Origin: an uncultured Clostridia bacterium
GTDB taxonomy: Bacteria > Bacillota > Clostridia > TANB77 > CAG-508
Direction of reading: 5' to 3'
Assembly: GCA_928721915.1 (NCBI GenBank)
Contig: CAKMVZ010000003.1
Location: 116,334 to 180,333, forward strand
DNA: 64,000 nt
In this document: positions 9,644 to 20,000 of the stretch, in pieces
Layout of the letters: every line of letters starts with the position of its first letter
Numbering within the stretch: position 1 is the first letter of the stretch
Program-made: the position numbers and the translations under genes
Notes under the pieces: model-generated
What the model was told of the DNA's origin: nothing
The model's input: the letters and a program-made list of their open reading frames with translations, nothing else
Databases searched by the model: none

Positions 9644-10159
9644 TTATTTATTCCTTTTTATAAATAGTATCCCTAATATTGAAGTAATTAGTATAACCAT
9701 AATTGGTGCAACTTTAAAAAATACCCATTCAAATGCATGCCATATAGTTCCTATAACAGCCCACTCGGGATGACTATAATCCCAATTTTGATACGAACTA
9801 CCTAATACTGTTAATAATATAAAAAGTAATATGATACATACATCCATAATTATTAAGAAGTTTATTGTCCTTTTTCTTTTTTGTTTTTGTTGCATAGATA
9901 GTTGTTCATTTATAACTTCTAATTTTTCTGATATTACTTTTAAATCATTCTTTTCCTTTTCATCGATATTTTCTCCCAAAATCGTACTAACAGGAGTATC
10001 AAATACCTCTGATATAGATATTAACATTTCAGCGTCTGGAACAGATAATCCTTGTTCCCATTTTGAAATTGTTTGTCTAACTACATTTAATTTGATAGCT
10101 AGTTCTTCTTGTGAAAGTCCTTTATTTTTTCTTAAAGTTTTTAAATTATCTTTTAACAT
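9644..10159 (-). CDS. XRE-family HTH regulator with C-terminal membrane anchor
   Basis: N-terminal LKTLRKNKGLSQEELAIKLNVVRQTISKWEQG, and two C-terminal TM helices. Confidence 0.75.
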   Translation of the reverse strand: MLKDNLKTLRKNKGLSQEELAIKLNVVRQTISKWEQGLSVPDAEMLISISEVFDTPVSTILGENIDEKEKNDLKVISEKLEVINEQLSMQQKQKRKRTINFLIIMDVCIILLFILLTVLGSSYQNWDYSHPEWAVIGTIWHAFEWVFFKVAPIMVILITSILGILFIKRNK

Positions 10160-10404
10160 ATAAAATTCACTCCTTTCTTTAAGTAAATTTTATTATAAAA
10201 GTTTCGTTGCTACAAGCAATGTGTTTTAACATTTTGTCAAACTACTGCTACTCTAATAATTCGCTAAATTGACTATCTAATTTTTGTCAAGTCTTTTTAA
10301 CGAATTTATTATATTATTTTTTTGTATGACAAACAAGCGAAAACGATATATTTTTTAAAAAATTGTATCTTTTTCACTTCTTTTATGATAAAATTCAATT
10401 ATAG

Positions 10405-11610
10405 TTAGTTTTCTAAGAATTGTTTATTATTTTTGCACATTGAATATAACATTCTTAGAATTTTAGTTGAACAAGCAGTTAGGCTTTCATAATAATGTTT
10501 GCCTTCTGCTTTTTTGTTTTGGTAATAAATATATACTGGATGTTCTGGATAATTTGAAGCACCTAATTTTACTACCATTTGACTGCAATTAAACAATATA
10601 TATCTTGCATATTTGTTTCCTCTTTTTGATATTGCTCCTTTTACATTTATACTTTTTCCAGACTGTTTGATTGTTGGATCAAGTCCACAGAAAGCTATTA
10701 CTTCTTTTGGACTATTAAATCTTGTTATATCTCCTAATTCTCCAAGTATTTCAGCTGTTAATATTTCTCCAATCCCATAAAATGAATTGATTATTTCATA
10801 ATATTGAGATTGTTTTGCTGTTTCTATCATTTTACTTCTCAATTCATTTATAATATTATTGTTATTTTGCACTATTTGAGCCATTTTTGAAAGATTATTT
10901 ACATCGGAGTGTTCTTTATCAACTCCTGGATAAGAGTTAGCTGAAACTGTTTTTATTGTTGTGGCAAGTTTTTTATAAAAGTTTAAGTTTCTTCCATTTG
11001 TTTTGTATAAATTGTTATACAATGCATCAATTCTTTTTTCTTTTACTATTTCTGCGTGTGGAAATTCTTTAATAAAATTTAATGCTGTATCATCATAAAT
11101 TCTTGTTGATTTAAAGATTTTCTCTAGTTCTGGAAAACATATATTTATCAATCTTTTGTATCTATTTTTACAACTTACATTGTTCTGTAACAAATAAAAA
11201 TATTGTCTTGTCATTGCTTTTAAATTAGCATATAAGTCTTTTTTAGATAAATCGTGATATTTTACTTCGTTTACAAAAAACAACTTTGCTAACCTATAAC
11301 AATCTTCTTTATCTGTTTTTGTTTTTCTAATAGTATCATAATTATTTTTTGTCGTTAAACTATTGATAACTAAAGTATTAAATCCATTTTCTTTAAAGTA
11401 TCTTTCTACTGGTAAATGGTATGTACCTGTTGATTCCATAAATACTGTTAAGTTTTCTGGGTTAATTTCTTTAATTTCTGCTTTTACTTTTTCAAAATCT
11501 TCTAAATTGTGCTTTATCTCTTTTGTGTCAATAAGTATTTCTCCATCATTATTCATAAGCATTATCATACTCTTATTTTTAGCAACATCTACACTTAATA
11601 CTGTTTTCAA
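10405..11610 (-). CDS. IS110-family DEDD transposase/recombinase
   Basis: 401 aa. N-terminal VLSVDVAKNKS...FMESTGTYH, and C-terminal GIGEILTAEILGELGDITRF...CGLDPTIKQSGKS. TTG start with an AGGTG RBS. Confidence 0.85.
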   Translation of the reverse strand: MKTVLSVDVAKNKSMIMLMNNDGEILIDTKEIKHNLEDFEKVKAEIKEINPENLTVFMESTGTYHLPVERYFKENGFNTLVINSLTTKNNYDTIRKTKTDKEDCYRLAKLFFVNEVKYHDLSKKDLYANLKAMTRQYFYLLQNNVSCKNRYKRLINICFPELEKIFKSTRIYDDTALNFIKEFPHAEIVKEKRIDALYNNLYKTNGRNLNFYKKLATTIKTVSANSYPGVDKEHSDVNNLSKMAQIVQNNNNIINELRSKMIETAKQSQYYEIINSFYGIGEILTAEILGELGDITRFNSPKEVIAFCGLDPTIKQSGKSINVKGAISKRGNKYARYILFNCSQMVVKLGASNYPEHPVYIYYQNKKAEGKHYYESLTACSTKILRMLYSMCKNNKQFLEN

Positions 11611-11812
11611 AATTATTCACCTACTTTCTTTTTGAACTTAAGTCTTTTACCTCTACTATTATTTCATCAGGCTTGTTATATAGAGTCGATGCCCTCACTA
11701 TCTAAAACTAAATTAATAATAGGAATAAAAGCCGAACTGTCAATTTCTTAGATTCAAAGACCTCTGTAATTTGATGTTCTAACTTAAATTCTAATGTAAA
11801 TAATTTTACAAC
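11611..11812 (-). ncRNA. candidate IS110 bridge-RNA/5' leader region
   Basis: About 200 nt of non-coding left end upstream of the recombinase. It contains a near-consensus promoter and imperfect stem-loops (e.g. TTAGA-aca-TCAAA...TTTGA-a-TCTAA). Inferred by analogy to IS621/IS110 elements, and I could not fold it reliably by hand. Confidence 0.3.
11716..11743 (-). promoter_or_regulatory. sigma-70-like promoter inside the IS110 left end
   Basis: Minus strand TTGACA (11743-11738), 16-nt spacer, TATTAT (11721-11716). Confidence 0.5.
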
Positions 11813-11813
11813 C

Positions 11814-11848
11814 AAAAAAATTAGATGTAAACTCTTTTATTTACATCT
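11814..11848 (-). terminator. Rho-independent terminator of the nuclease-like gene
   Basis: AGATGTAAA-8 nt loop-TTTACATCT, then aaTTTTTTT on the minus strand. Confidence 0.7.
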
Positions 11849-11873
11849 AACAGTATACCTGTAATTTGTAGCA

Positions 11874-12819
11874 TTAATATCTATAATATTGTTTTACTCT
11901 TTTATCTAGGCTATAATTTTTAAAAAGTTCTTGATATGTTAATACTGAATTCATAATTCTAAAATTATTTGGTTTATTCTTATCCTTATTTAAAATTTGA
12001 ACAATTTTTTTGTATTCTTCAGCATAATTTCTTAAAAAATCTTGATCTTTCCAACCATCAAATAGAATAGTACCTAAAATCACTTCAAAATCCTCTCTAA
12101 GTTTTATTTTTTCATTAATATCCTTTTTATTATATATAAAGTTTTTTATTCCTAAATAATGTGATATCATTTGTTTAATACCTGCAATATAATGTTTAGT
12201 GTAATCCTTTGAAATTAACATAATTTTATCTGTTTTTTCATCAATCATATACTCATTATTAATATTTAATTCTTCATATATATTTTTATATTCTTTTTTT
12301 ACTATATAATGATTAGTCATAGAAAGATATTCTGAAAATTTCGCCTCCAAAAATAAAATTTTTTTGCTTTTATTTGATATTAAAACAATGTCCATATTTG
12401 AAGGACTATGATTTTTAAATACTTGGTTTTGAACTTCAAAATGCACTTCATCATATACAACATTATTTATAATTATTGGTTTTTTTTCTCAAATTATAAA
12501 AATGTAAAAAAGCACATAATGATGATGAATGAAGAACACTAATTCTTGTTTCTTCATTTCCAGAGCCATTTATTGCTTCATTATATTTATCTTTTATATC
12601 GCTATTATCTTTTATTTCGAAAACATTTTCTATAATTGTCAATTTATCTTCATTCGTTACTGGTTTATTTTTTTCTTTTTTTATAGAAAACATAAATGAA
12701 TTTTCCGAATCCCTTTTCCATCTTGTATTATATGTATTTCTTATATACTCGTCTTTTATAAAACTATAATCTATTGCTTTATATATTAATTTCATTTTTT
12801 TACTTTTAGGTACTTTCAT
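11874..12819 (-). pseudogene. PD-(D/E)xK nuclease-fold gene split at an A8 tract (frameshifted or phase-variable)
   Basis: ORFs 12463-12819 and 11874-12446 join if the coding-strand A8 run (plus-strand T8, 12480-12487) is A7: ...FYNLRKK-PIIINNVVYDEVHFEV... The C-terminal part carries D...E-x-K (MDIVLIS...ILFLEAKFSEY). Confidence 0.55.
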
Positions 12820-12913
12820 TTAATTTTTTCCTCTCCAAATTACTGTTTTTAATATAATATCATAAAAAGACAAATTGCTCTATACTTTCGCATAAAGTAA
12901 TTAAAATTGTAAT

Positions 12914-13531
12914 TTATATAATAGAAAACATTGCTATAATTGAAGCGAATATGTTTGATAATGCATGTATAAACCAACTAGGCAAAATTGAGCCATTTGC
13001 TTTTTTTTCGTTTACATATCCCATAGCATAAGCAATTATTCCTGTAAGTAATATAATAATCATTGCTTTAACAATTCCAACTAAACTAAAAAACATTATT
13101 CCATGTAGTAGTCCAAATATTATACTTTGAATTACATTTGCAACTCTAAATCCAAATTTATTTGATAATCTTTTTAATAAAAACCCTCTAAAAAATATTT
13201 CTTCAGGTAAGGAAGTATTAAATATAGCATATATAAGTGCTGGTAGTAAGGCACTTATTCCTAATCCTTTGAATTCAGATGTAGCTGTTTCAATATCTTT
13301 TATCAAATAAAGAGTAATAATAGATACAGTCATAAAAACTAATGATATTATGATTGTATTTATCAATGTTTTTTTTGTATTTTCTATTTTTTTTAAACCA
13401 ATCCAACTAAAAAAATTTTCTTTTTTCTTTGCTGATATTAGCCACCAAATAAATGGTAAAGAACTAATTAAAATTATTTCTATAATGCTACTTATTATTT
13501 TACTTACTAACATATAAATTTTCCATCCCAT
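12914..13531 (-). CDS. CPBP-family intramembrane protease (second copy)
   Basis: Motifs PEEIFFRG, FGLLHG and HALSN in a polytopic membrane protein. Confidence 0.7.
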   Translation of the reverse strand: MGWKIYMLVSKIISSIIEIILISSLPFIWWLISAKKKENFFSWIGLKKIENTKKTLINTIIISLVFMTVSIITLYLIKDIETATSEFKGLGISALLPALIYAIFNTSLPEEIFFRGFLLKRLSNKFGFRVANVIQSIIFGLLHGIMFFSLVGIVKAMIIILLTGIIAYAMGYVNEKKANGSILPSWFIHALSNIFASIIAMFSII

Positions 13532-13546
13532 CTTTTCAACAAATTA

Positions 13547-13957
13547 CTATTTATTTAACTCTTTTTCTAAATCTTTCATATATCTTTTCTGTTGACTCTT
13601 TAAATAAGACTTTGCTAACAGTTTCATAATAAAATTATTTACTTCTATTTCTTCTGTAAAGTCTAGTTCAATATTACCATTTGGAAGTTCTTTAAAAATA
13701 CCAATCCATTTACCTTTTAAATTAGCATTTTCTAAATCAAATTTATACTCTTTTAACTTTTCTTTTGCAGTAATAGTAAAATATGTAGGAAAGTTATTTA
13801 TAGTATATTCAACAAAATGTGTTTCATCTATTATTTCTATTTTAGATAAATCTGTTCTCCATTTATAATTTGAATTATCTGTAATAATATTCCACAATTT
13901 ATTTTTATCACAAGAAAATTGCTTTTTTATATTTGATTTAATCATCTTAACCTCCAT
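13547..13957 (-). CDS. SRPBCC-like small protein
   Basis: 136 aa. The length and beta-rich pattern resemble the SRPBCC/AHSA1 fold. This is a weak call made from memory. Confidence 0.35.
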   Translation of the reverse strand: MEVKMIKSNIKKQFSCDKNKLWNIITDNSNYKWRTDLSKIEIIDETHFVEYTINNFPTYFTITAKEKLKEYKFDLENANLKGKWIGIFKELPNGNIELDFTEEIEVNNFIMKLLAKSYLKSQQKRYMKDLEKELNK

Positions 13958-14003
13958 AAATTACTATTTCTCTTGTTTCCTATTATATTACAAAATCATT
14001 TTT

Positions 14004-17000
14004 TTAGCAACGCTCTGGAGAGTTCTTGTTTGGAGATTTCTCCTGTTTTTCTTCTTGTTCATCTCCTAATAATTCTTTATCTTGTTCAATTAGTTTTAAC
14101 TCAATATTCAATGCTTCTAGTCTTTTTTCTTTATCTTTTAATTCTTGTTCTTGAGGAAATTCTTTTTGAACTTCTATTTTAGCATTTTCTAATTGATGAT
14201 TAAGATTATCAATCCAATCTCTTTCGCCTGGAATATCTTTTTCTATACTTTCTAAACAATTATTGATTCTTGTTATATTTCCAAAAGTATCTGTTCCAAG
14301 TTCAACCATATAATGATATTTATTTTTTAAAGTTAATTGAAAATTTTTTGAAAAGCTATTAAATGCTAATTTCATTTTAAATCCACGATATTCTCCTATT
14401 TCTTTTTCTTCCATACTCTTTAATTCTTTACAACATTCAAGTAATTTTTTACCTGCATTTTCTTTATCAGAATATGTTTGATTATCAAATTTCATTGGAG
14501 AAAAACCATCTGCATTCGGTTTAGTATATTCTTGTAATTTCACTATATCTTCTTCCATTGCAGCAATTCTTTCATTTGATTTTGCAATTTCTTGAGGAAA
14601 ATACTTTAATGTCTTATCTTGCAAATCATATTTTTGACTCATGAAATTTTGTTTTAATAGCTTAAGTTTTGCAACCTCACTATCTAAATTTGTTTTTTCT
14701 AGTATTTTAGGATTACCAGTAGCTAGTGCTTTTATTTCTCCATAAGATAATGCCTTTTCATCAATATCTTCCATAGTTCTCATTGGAGTCTTACTTGTCA
14801 TTATTTGAGATATAAATTTTTGCTTTTGTTCTACTAATTGGTATAAATAAGCATCAAAAGTTCCTTCTGTTACATAAGAATAAACATGTACTTTTTCATT
14901 TTGATTTCCTTGTCTTATCATTCTCCCATTTCGTTGAGTTAAATCACTTGGTCTCCAGGGACAATCTAAATGATGTAAAGCAATTAATCTATCTTGTACA
15001 TTTGTTCCTGCACCCATTTTTTGAGTAGAGCCTATTAAAACTCTAACATCTCCAGTTCTAACTTTACTAAATAACTCTTTCTTTTTAGCTTCACTATCTG
15101 CTTCATGAATAAATGCAATTTCATTATCAGGAATACCTTTTTCAATTAATTTCTTTTTAATATCATTATAAGCATCTAAAAAGCCATCTTGCTCATATCC
15201 TTTATTATCTTTAGGAGTAGATAAATCGCAGAATACTAATTGAGTAAGTTTATTATCCTGTCCTTTAGTATAAATATCATATATATTATCTACACAAGTT
15301 TTTACTTTACTTGTATCTGCATCTTCTAGAAGCGGATTGATTAATCTTTGATCTAATGCTAATTTTCTACCTTCATTTGTTATTTTTAGCATATTATCAA
15401 TGTTTGCATCTACAGAACCATTTCTAATTCGTTCTGCTCTTTCTCCTAATTCTTTAACCATATCTTTTTGTATTTCACTTGGTTTTACTACAATATTATG
15501 ATTTTCTACTTCAGGAGTTGGAAGATTTAATGTATCTGCTGTTTGAATGTCTGCTACCTCTTTGAATAAAGCTATAAGTTCAGGTAAATTATGAAATTTT
15601 GCAAATCTCGTTTTACTTCTATAACCTGTACCTTCAGGAGCAAGTTCAATTGCAGTAACAGTTTCTCCAAAAGTAGATGCCCAATTATCAAAGTGTTCTA
15701 GTCCTTGATTTCTTAATCCATCATATTGTAAATACCTTTGCATTGTATATAACTCTACCATTGAATTACTTACTGGAGTTCCTGTAGCAAAAACTGTACC
15801 TTTTCCATTAGTAATTTCATCTAAATATCTACATTTCATGAAGAGGTCAGAACTTTTTTGTGCTTCCGTTTGAGCTATACCTCCAACATTACGCATTTTA
15901 GTATATAAAAACAAATTCTTATAGTTATGTGCTTCATCGACAAATAATTTATCAATACCTAATTCTTCAAAAGTTACTACATCATCTTTTCTATCTTGAG
16001 TATTTAATTTTTCTAACTTATTTTCTAGTATTCTACGGCTTTTCTCTAATTGTTTAATTGTAAAGTTTTCTCCTCGTTCTCTTTTAGCGATATCTATACC
16101 TTTTAAAATATCAGATATTTGTTGTTCTAATTGTTCCCTTTGCCTTTCTATGCTCATTGGTATTTTTTCAAATTGAGAATGTCCTATAATTACTGCATCA
16201 TAATCTCCTGTTGCAATTCTTGAACAAAACTTCTTTCTATTTTTAGTTTCAAAGTCTTTTTTCGTTGCAACTAATATATTAGCACTTGGATATAATTGTA
16301 AAAATTCACTTGCAAATTGCTCTATGATATGATTTGGCACAACAAATAATGATTTATTACATAAACCTAATCTTTTACTTTCCATTGCAGAAGCAACCAT
16401 TTCAAAGGTTTTTCCTGCACCTACTTCATGAGCTAACAATACATTATTACCATATAAAACATGAGCTATAGCATTTACTTGATGAGGTCGAAGTTTTATT
16501 TCAGGATTCATTCCAACAAAGTTTAAATGTGAGCCATCATACTCTCTAGGTCTTATTGAATTAAATCTATCATTATAGAGTCTAGTTAGTTTTTCCCTTC
16601 TTTCAGGTTCTTGCCATACCCAATCTAAAAAAGCTTGTTTAATACTATCTTGTTTAGCCTGTGCGATTGCAGTCTCTTTTTTATTTAATACTCTTTGCTT
16701 TCTGCCTTCTTCATCTATAATAGTATCAAATATCTTTACATCTTTTAAGTTAAGAGTTTGCTCTATTATTTTATAAGCATTTATTCTTCCTGTACCATAA
16801 GTAGAATATGCTTTTACATTACTTCTATCAGAACTTTTATTATCTATATACCATTCAGATGTAAAATCATTATATCTAACCTTTATATCATATCTATTAT
16901 AGGATGGTGTATCTAATAATTCGAACATAAATTGTCTTACAATATCTGTTGGTATCCATATAGCACCCAATTTTATACCTATCTCACTTGCTGACAAGTC

Positions 17001-20000
17001 TTTTGGCACTACTTCTTTTAGCCTGTCCACATTTATTTGATATGAAGAATCATCTAATAAAGCCTGTTCTGCTATTTTTAGTTTTTCTCTAACATTTCCT
17101 GACAAATACTCATCTGCTGCAACATATTTATCTTCATTTGGTATTTTAAATATAATACCTTCTAAATCTTTTATAATATCTTCTTTAGATTTATCAGTTA
17201 ATTCAGACATATAATCTAAATCTACAACAGCTTTTTCAGATAAAGAAAGTATTAATGCTTCTTCAGATGTATCTACTTTATCAACTTGCTTATATGCTTT
17301 AATAGTTCTTTTAGTAAATATATCAGCTTTTCCTTTAAAGTTACCTTCTCCATCTAATTTTTCAAGAGAACACAATAAAAAATAACTGCTATCATTTTGA
17401 AAAGCAGTTGCATTAGCTCTTGAATTTATTAAGCCATATTCTTTTGTAAATCTATCATATAAATCATTTAATTTTGTTTGAGATACATGTATTTCTTCAT
17501 CAGAATAATCTTCCATTTGCAAGTCAATTAATTCTCTTACTTGTTCTCTTAATCTTATCATTCCTTTTATTCTATTTTCACTTGTTAGAGGAATATCTTG
17601 AGGATGCATTTTGCTATTTTCTCTAAAGTATATTTTTCCATCTACAATAGTATAAGAAAAGTTTTTAACATTTGGATCTGCAGGAATAGATTTGTCTGTA
17701 TCTTCATATTCATTTTCTACCTGATAGTCTTTAATAGTTGCATTTAAGTTAGGAATTGCTTGTTCTAAAGCTTGTTCCAATGTTCTATCATCATAAGGTT
17801 TACAAGTAGAATCATAGCCAAATTGAGTAGATGTCATTTCCATATTACCTAAAATCATGTTAGGATTATCTACAAAGTATTTATTCATTGTAATATTGTT
17901 TTCATCTTTATCTAAATAAACCCAATCAGGCATTATATCTGTCATATTATCTCTTTTTTGTAAAAAGATAATATCTGATGTTACTTTTGTACCTGCATTT
18001 TTAGTAAATGTATTTTCAGGAAGTCTTATAGCACCTATTAAATTTGCTCTTTGTGCGATATATTTTCTAACTTCAGGATTTTCTTTATCCATTGTTCCTT
18101 TTGAAGTTATAAATGCAATTATTCCTCCAGGTCTAACTTTATCAAGAGTTTTTGCAAAGAAATAATCATGTATCATAAATTTATTTTTATCATATCTTTT
18201 ATCTAATACAGGAAAATCTCCAAAAGGTACATTACCTATTGCAACATCATAAAAAGAATCAGGAAGATTTGTTTTTTCATATCCCATAACTTTTATATCT
18301 GCTTTTTGATATAATTGTTTTGCTATTCTTCCTGTTATGCTATCTAATTCAACACCATACAATTTAGAGTTTTGCATTTCTTGTGGTAATAATCCAAAGA
18401 AATTGCCTATACCACAAGATGGCTCTAAAATATTTGCATCTTGTAAGCCCATATTAGATAATGCTTGATACATTGATTTAATTACAATTGGTGGTGTATA
18501 AAATGCAGTCAAAGTCGAAGCTCTTGCATTGCTATATTCTTCATCTGTAAGCAATGATTTTAATTCCATATATTCTTCATGCCAATTGTCTTTTGTTTCA
18601 TCAAATACATCAGGAAGTCCACCCCAGCCAACATATTGAGATAACACTTCTTGCTCTTCTTTATTAGCAAGTCTATTTTCATTCTCTAACTTATTTAAAA
18701 GTTTTATTGCTTCAATATTTCTTAATACTTTTTGTCTTGGAGTTCCTTCTCCTAAATTATCATTATCAATATGATAATTTATTTTTTCTTGTTGATTTTC
18801 CTGTTGTTTATAATATTCTTCTCTATCAAGTGGTTTTCCGTTTTCTTCTCTTGCTTTAAATAAATCTGTTACTTTTTGAGCTTGTTTTATATCTTCTTGT
18901 CTGCTTAATACTTCATCAAATTCTTCTTGTGATATTTCTTTAAGATTTTCATTTGCAAGTTCTTCAATATCTGTAAATTCTGCAAGTCTTTTTCTAATCC
19001 TCATTAAAGTTTCATTTTCTTCATTATCAGAGTATTCTAAAAGTCCACCATCTTGTTCAAATCCAAATTTATTGTATATCTCATAGTAATAGCCTTCTTC
19101 ATTTGTATGGAAGTGAAATATATTCCCATCATTTAGTCTATAATTCTTGTCTAAATTTGAAATATCTTCTTCACTATCTTCTAAAGTATTAGCTGAATTA
19201 TTTCCTTGAGCTCTTTCAAACATCCACTTTTGATGAGGATATTCATTTTGTTCCCATTCAAGATATTTATCTACTTCGTCTATACTTAAATATCTATCAG
19301 TCATAATAAGTTCTTTAATTCTTTTTTCTACTTTTGCCCAACTTAACAAGATTTCTTTGCTATCAGCTTTATAACCATTATTTAGTGTTATACCTTTAGC
19401 ATTAAAATCAATTCCTATATCTTCAAAACCTTTTATAGAAGAAGCTCCACCAATACCATATTCATATTTTAAGAATTTTATATTTTCTTCAGATGACATA
19501 CTTTGCATAAACTGCTTATAAATTCTAAATTTACCATTTTCAAAATGACTGCCTTCTGTTAAAGCATTATCAATCATTTCTTGGGTAAAAGTAAAGACAG
19601 AGCTTTGCTCTGCCTCTAAATCATTTATAAGTTCTTTTTGCTGTTCCTCTGTTCTATTATTAGTAAATAAGTTTAATTGTAAATTAACTCCTGCATCACT
19701 ATTTCTTGTGCTTGATTCTTGAAGTTGTTCATGTATCCCACCCAAGTCATTTGGTCTTGAGCTTTCATTTGTTCGTCCACTTTGTTTTGTTTCGCCAATT
19801 GATTGATTATTAGTTCCATTCTGTTCAAAGCTGATTTCTCTATTTCCACTAGATGTTGTGTAAGAGTTCCTTTCATCATTAGTTCTGTGTATAGTCCCCT
19901 CTTGTTTTCCTTGATATATTTCTCCCTCATTCTTGCGAATGTCCCTAGTTGAACTTTCTTTTGTTCTGGCATCACTAGGTCTGGTATCTGATAATCTCCC

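Larger units (their letters stand above)
10330..11812 (-). mobile_element. IS110-family insertion sequence (ends not resolved)
   Basis: Single DEDD-type transposase flanked by non-coding ends and no obvious terminal inverted repeats, as expected for IS110. The upper limit is set by the neighbouring gene's terminator (11814-11848). The lower limit is only known to exceed about 10225 (promoter of the XRE gene). Confidence 0.55.
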
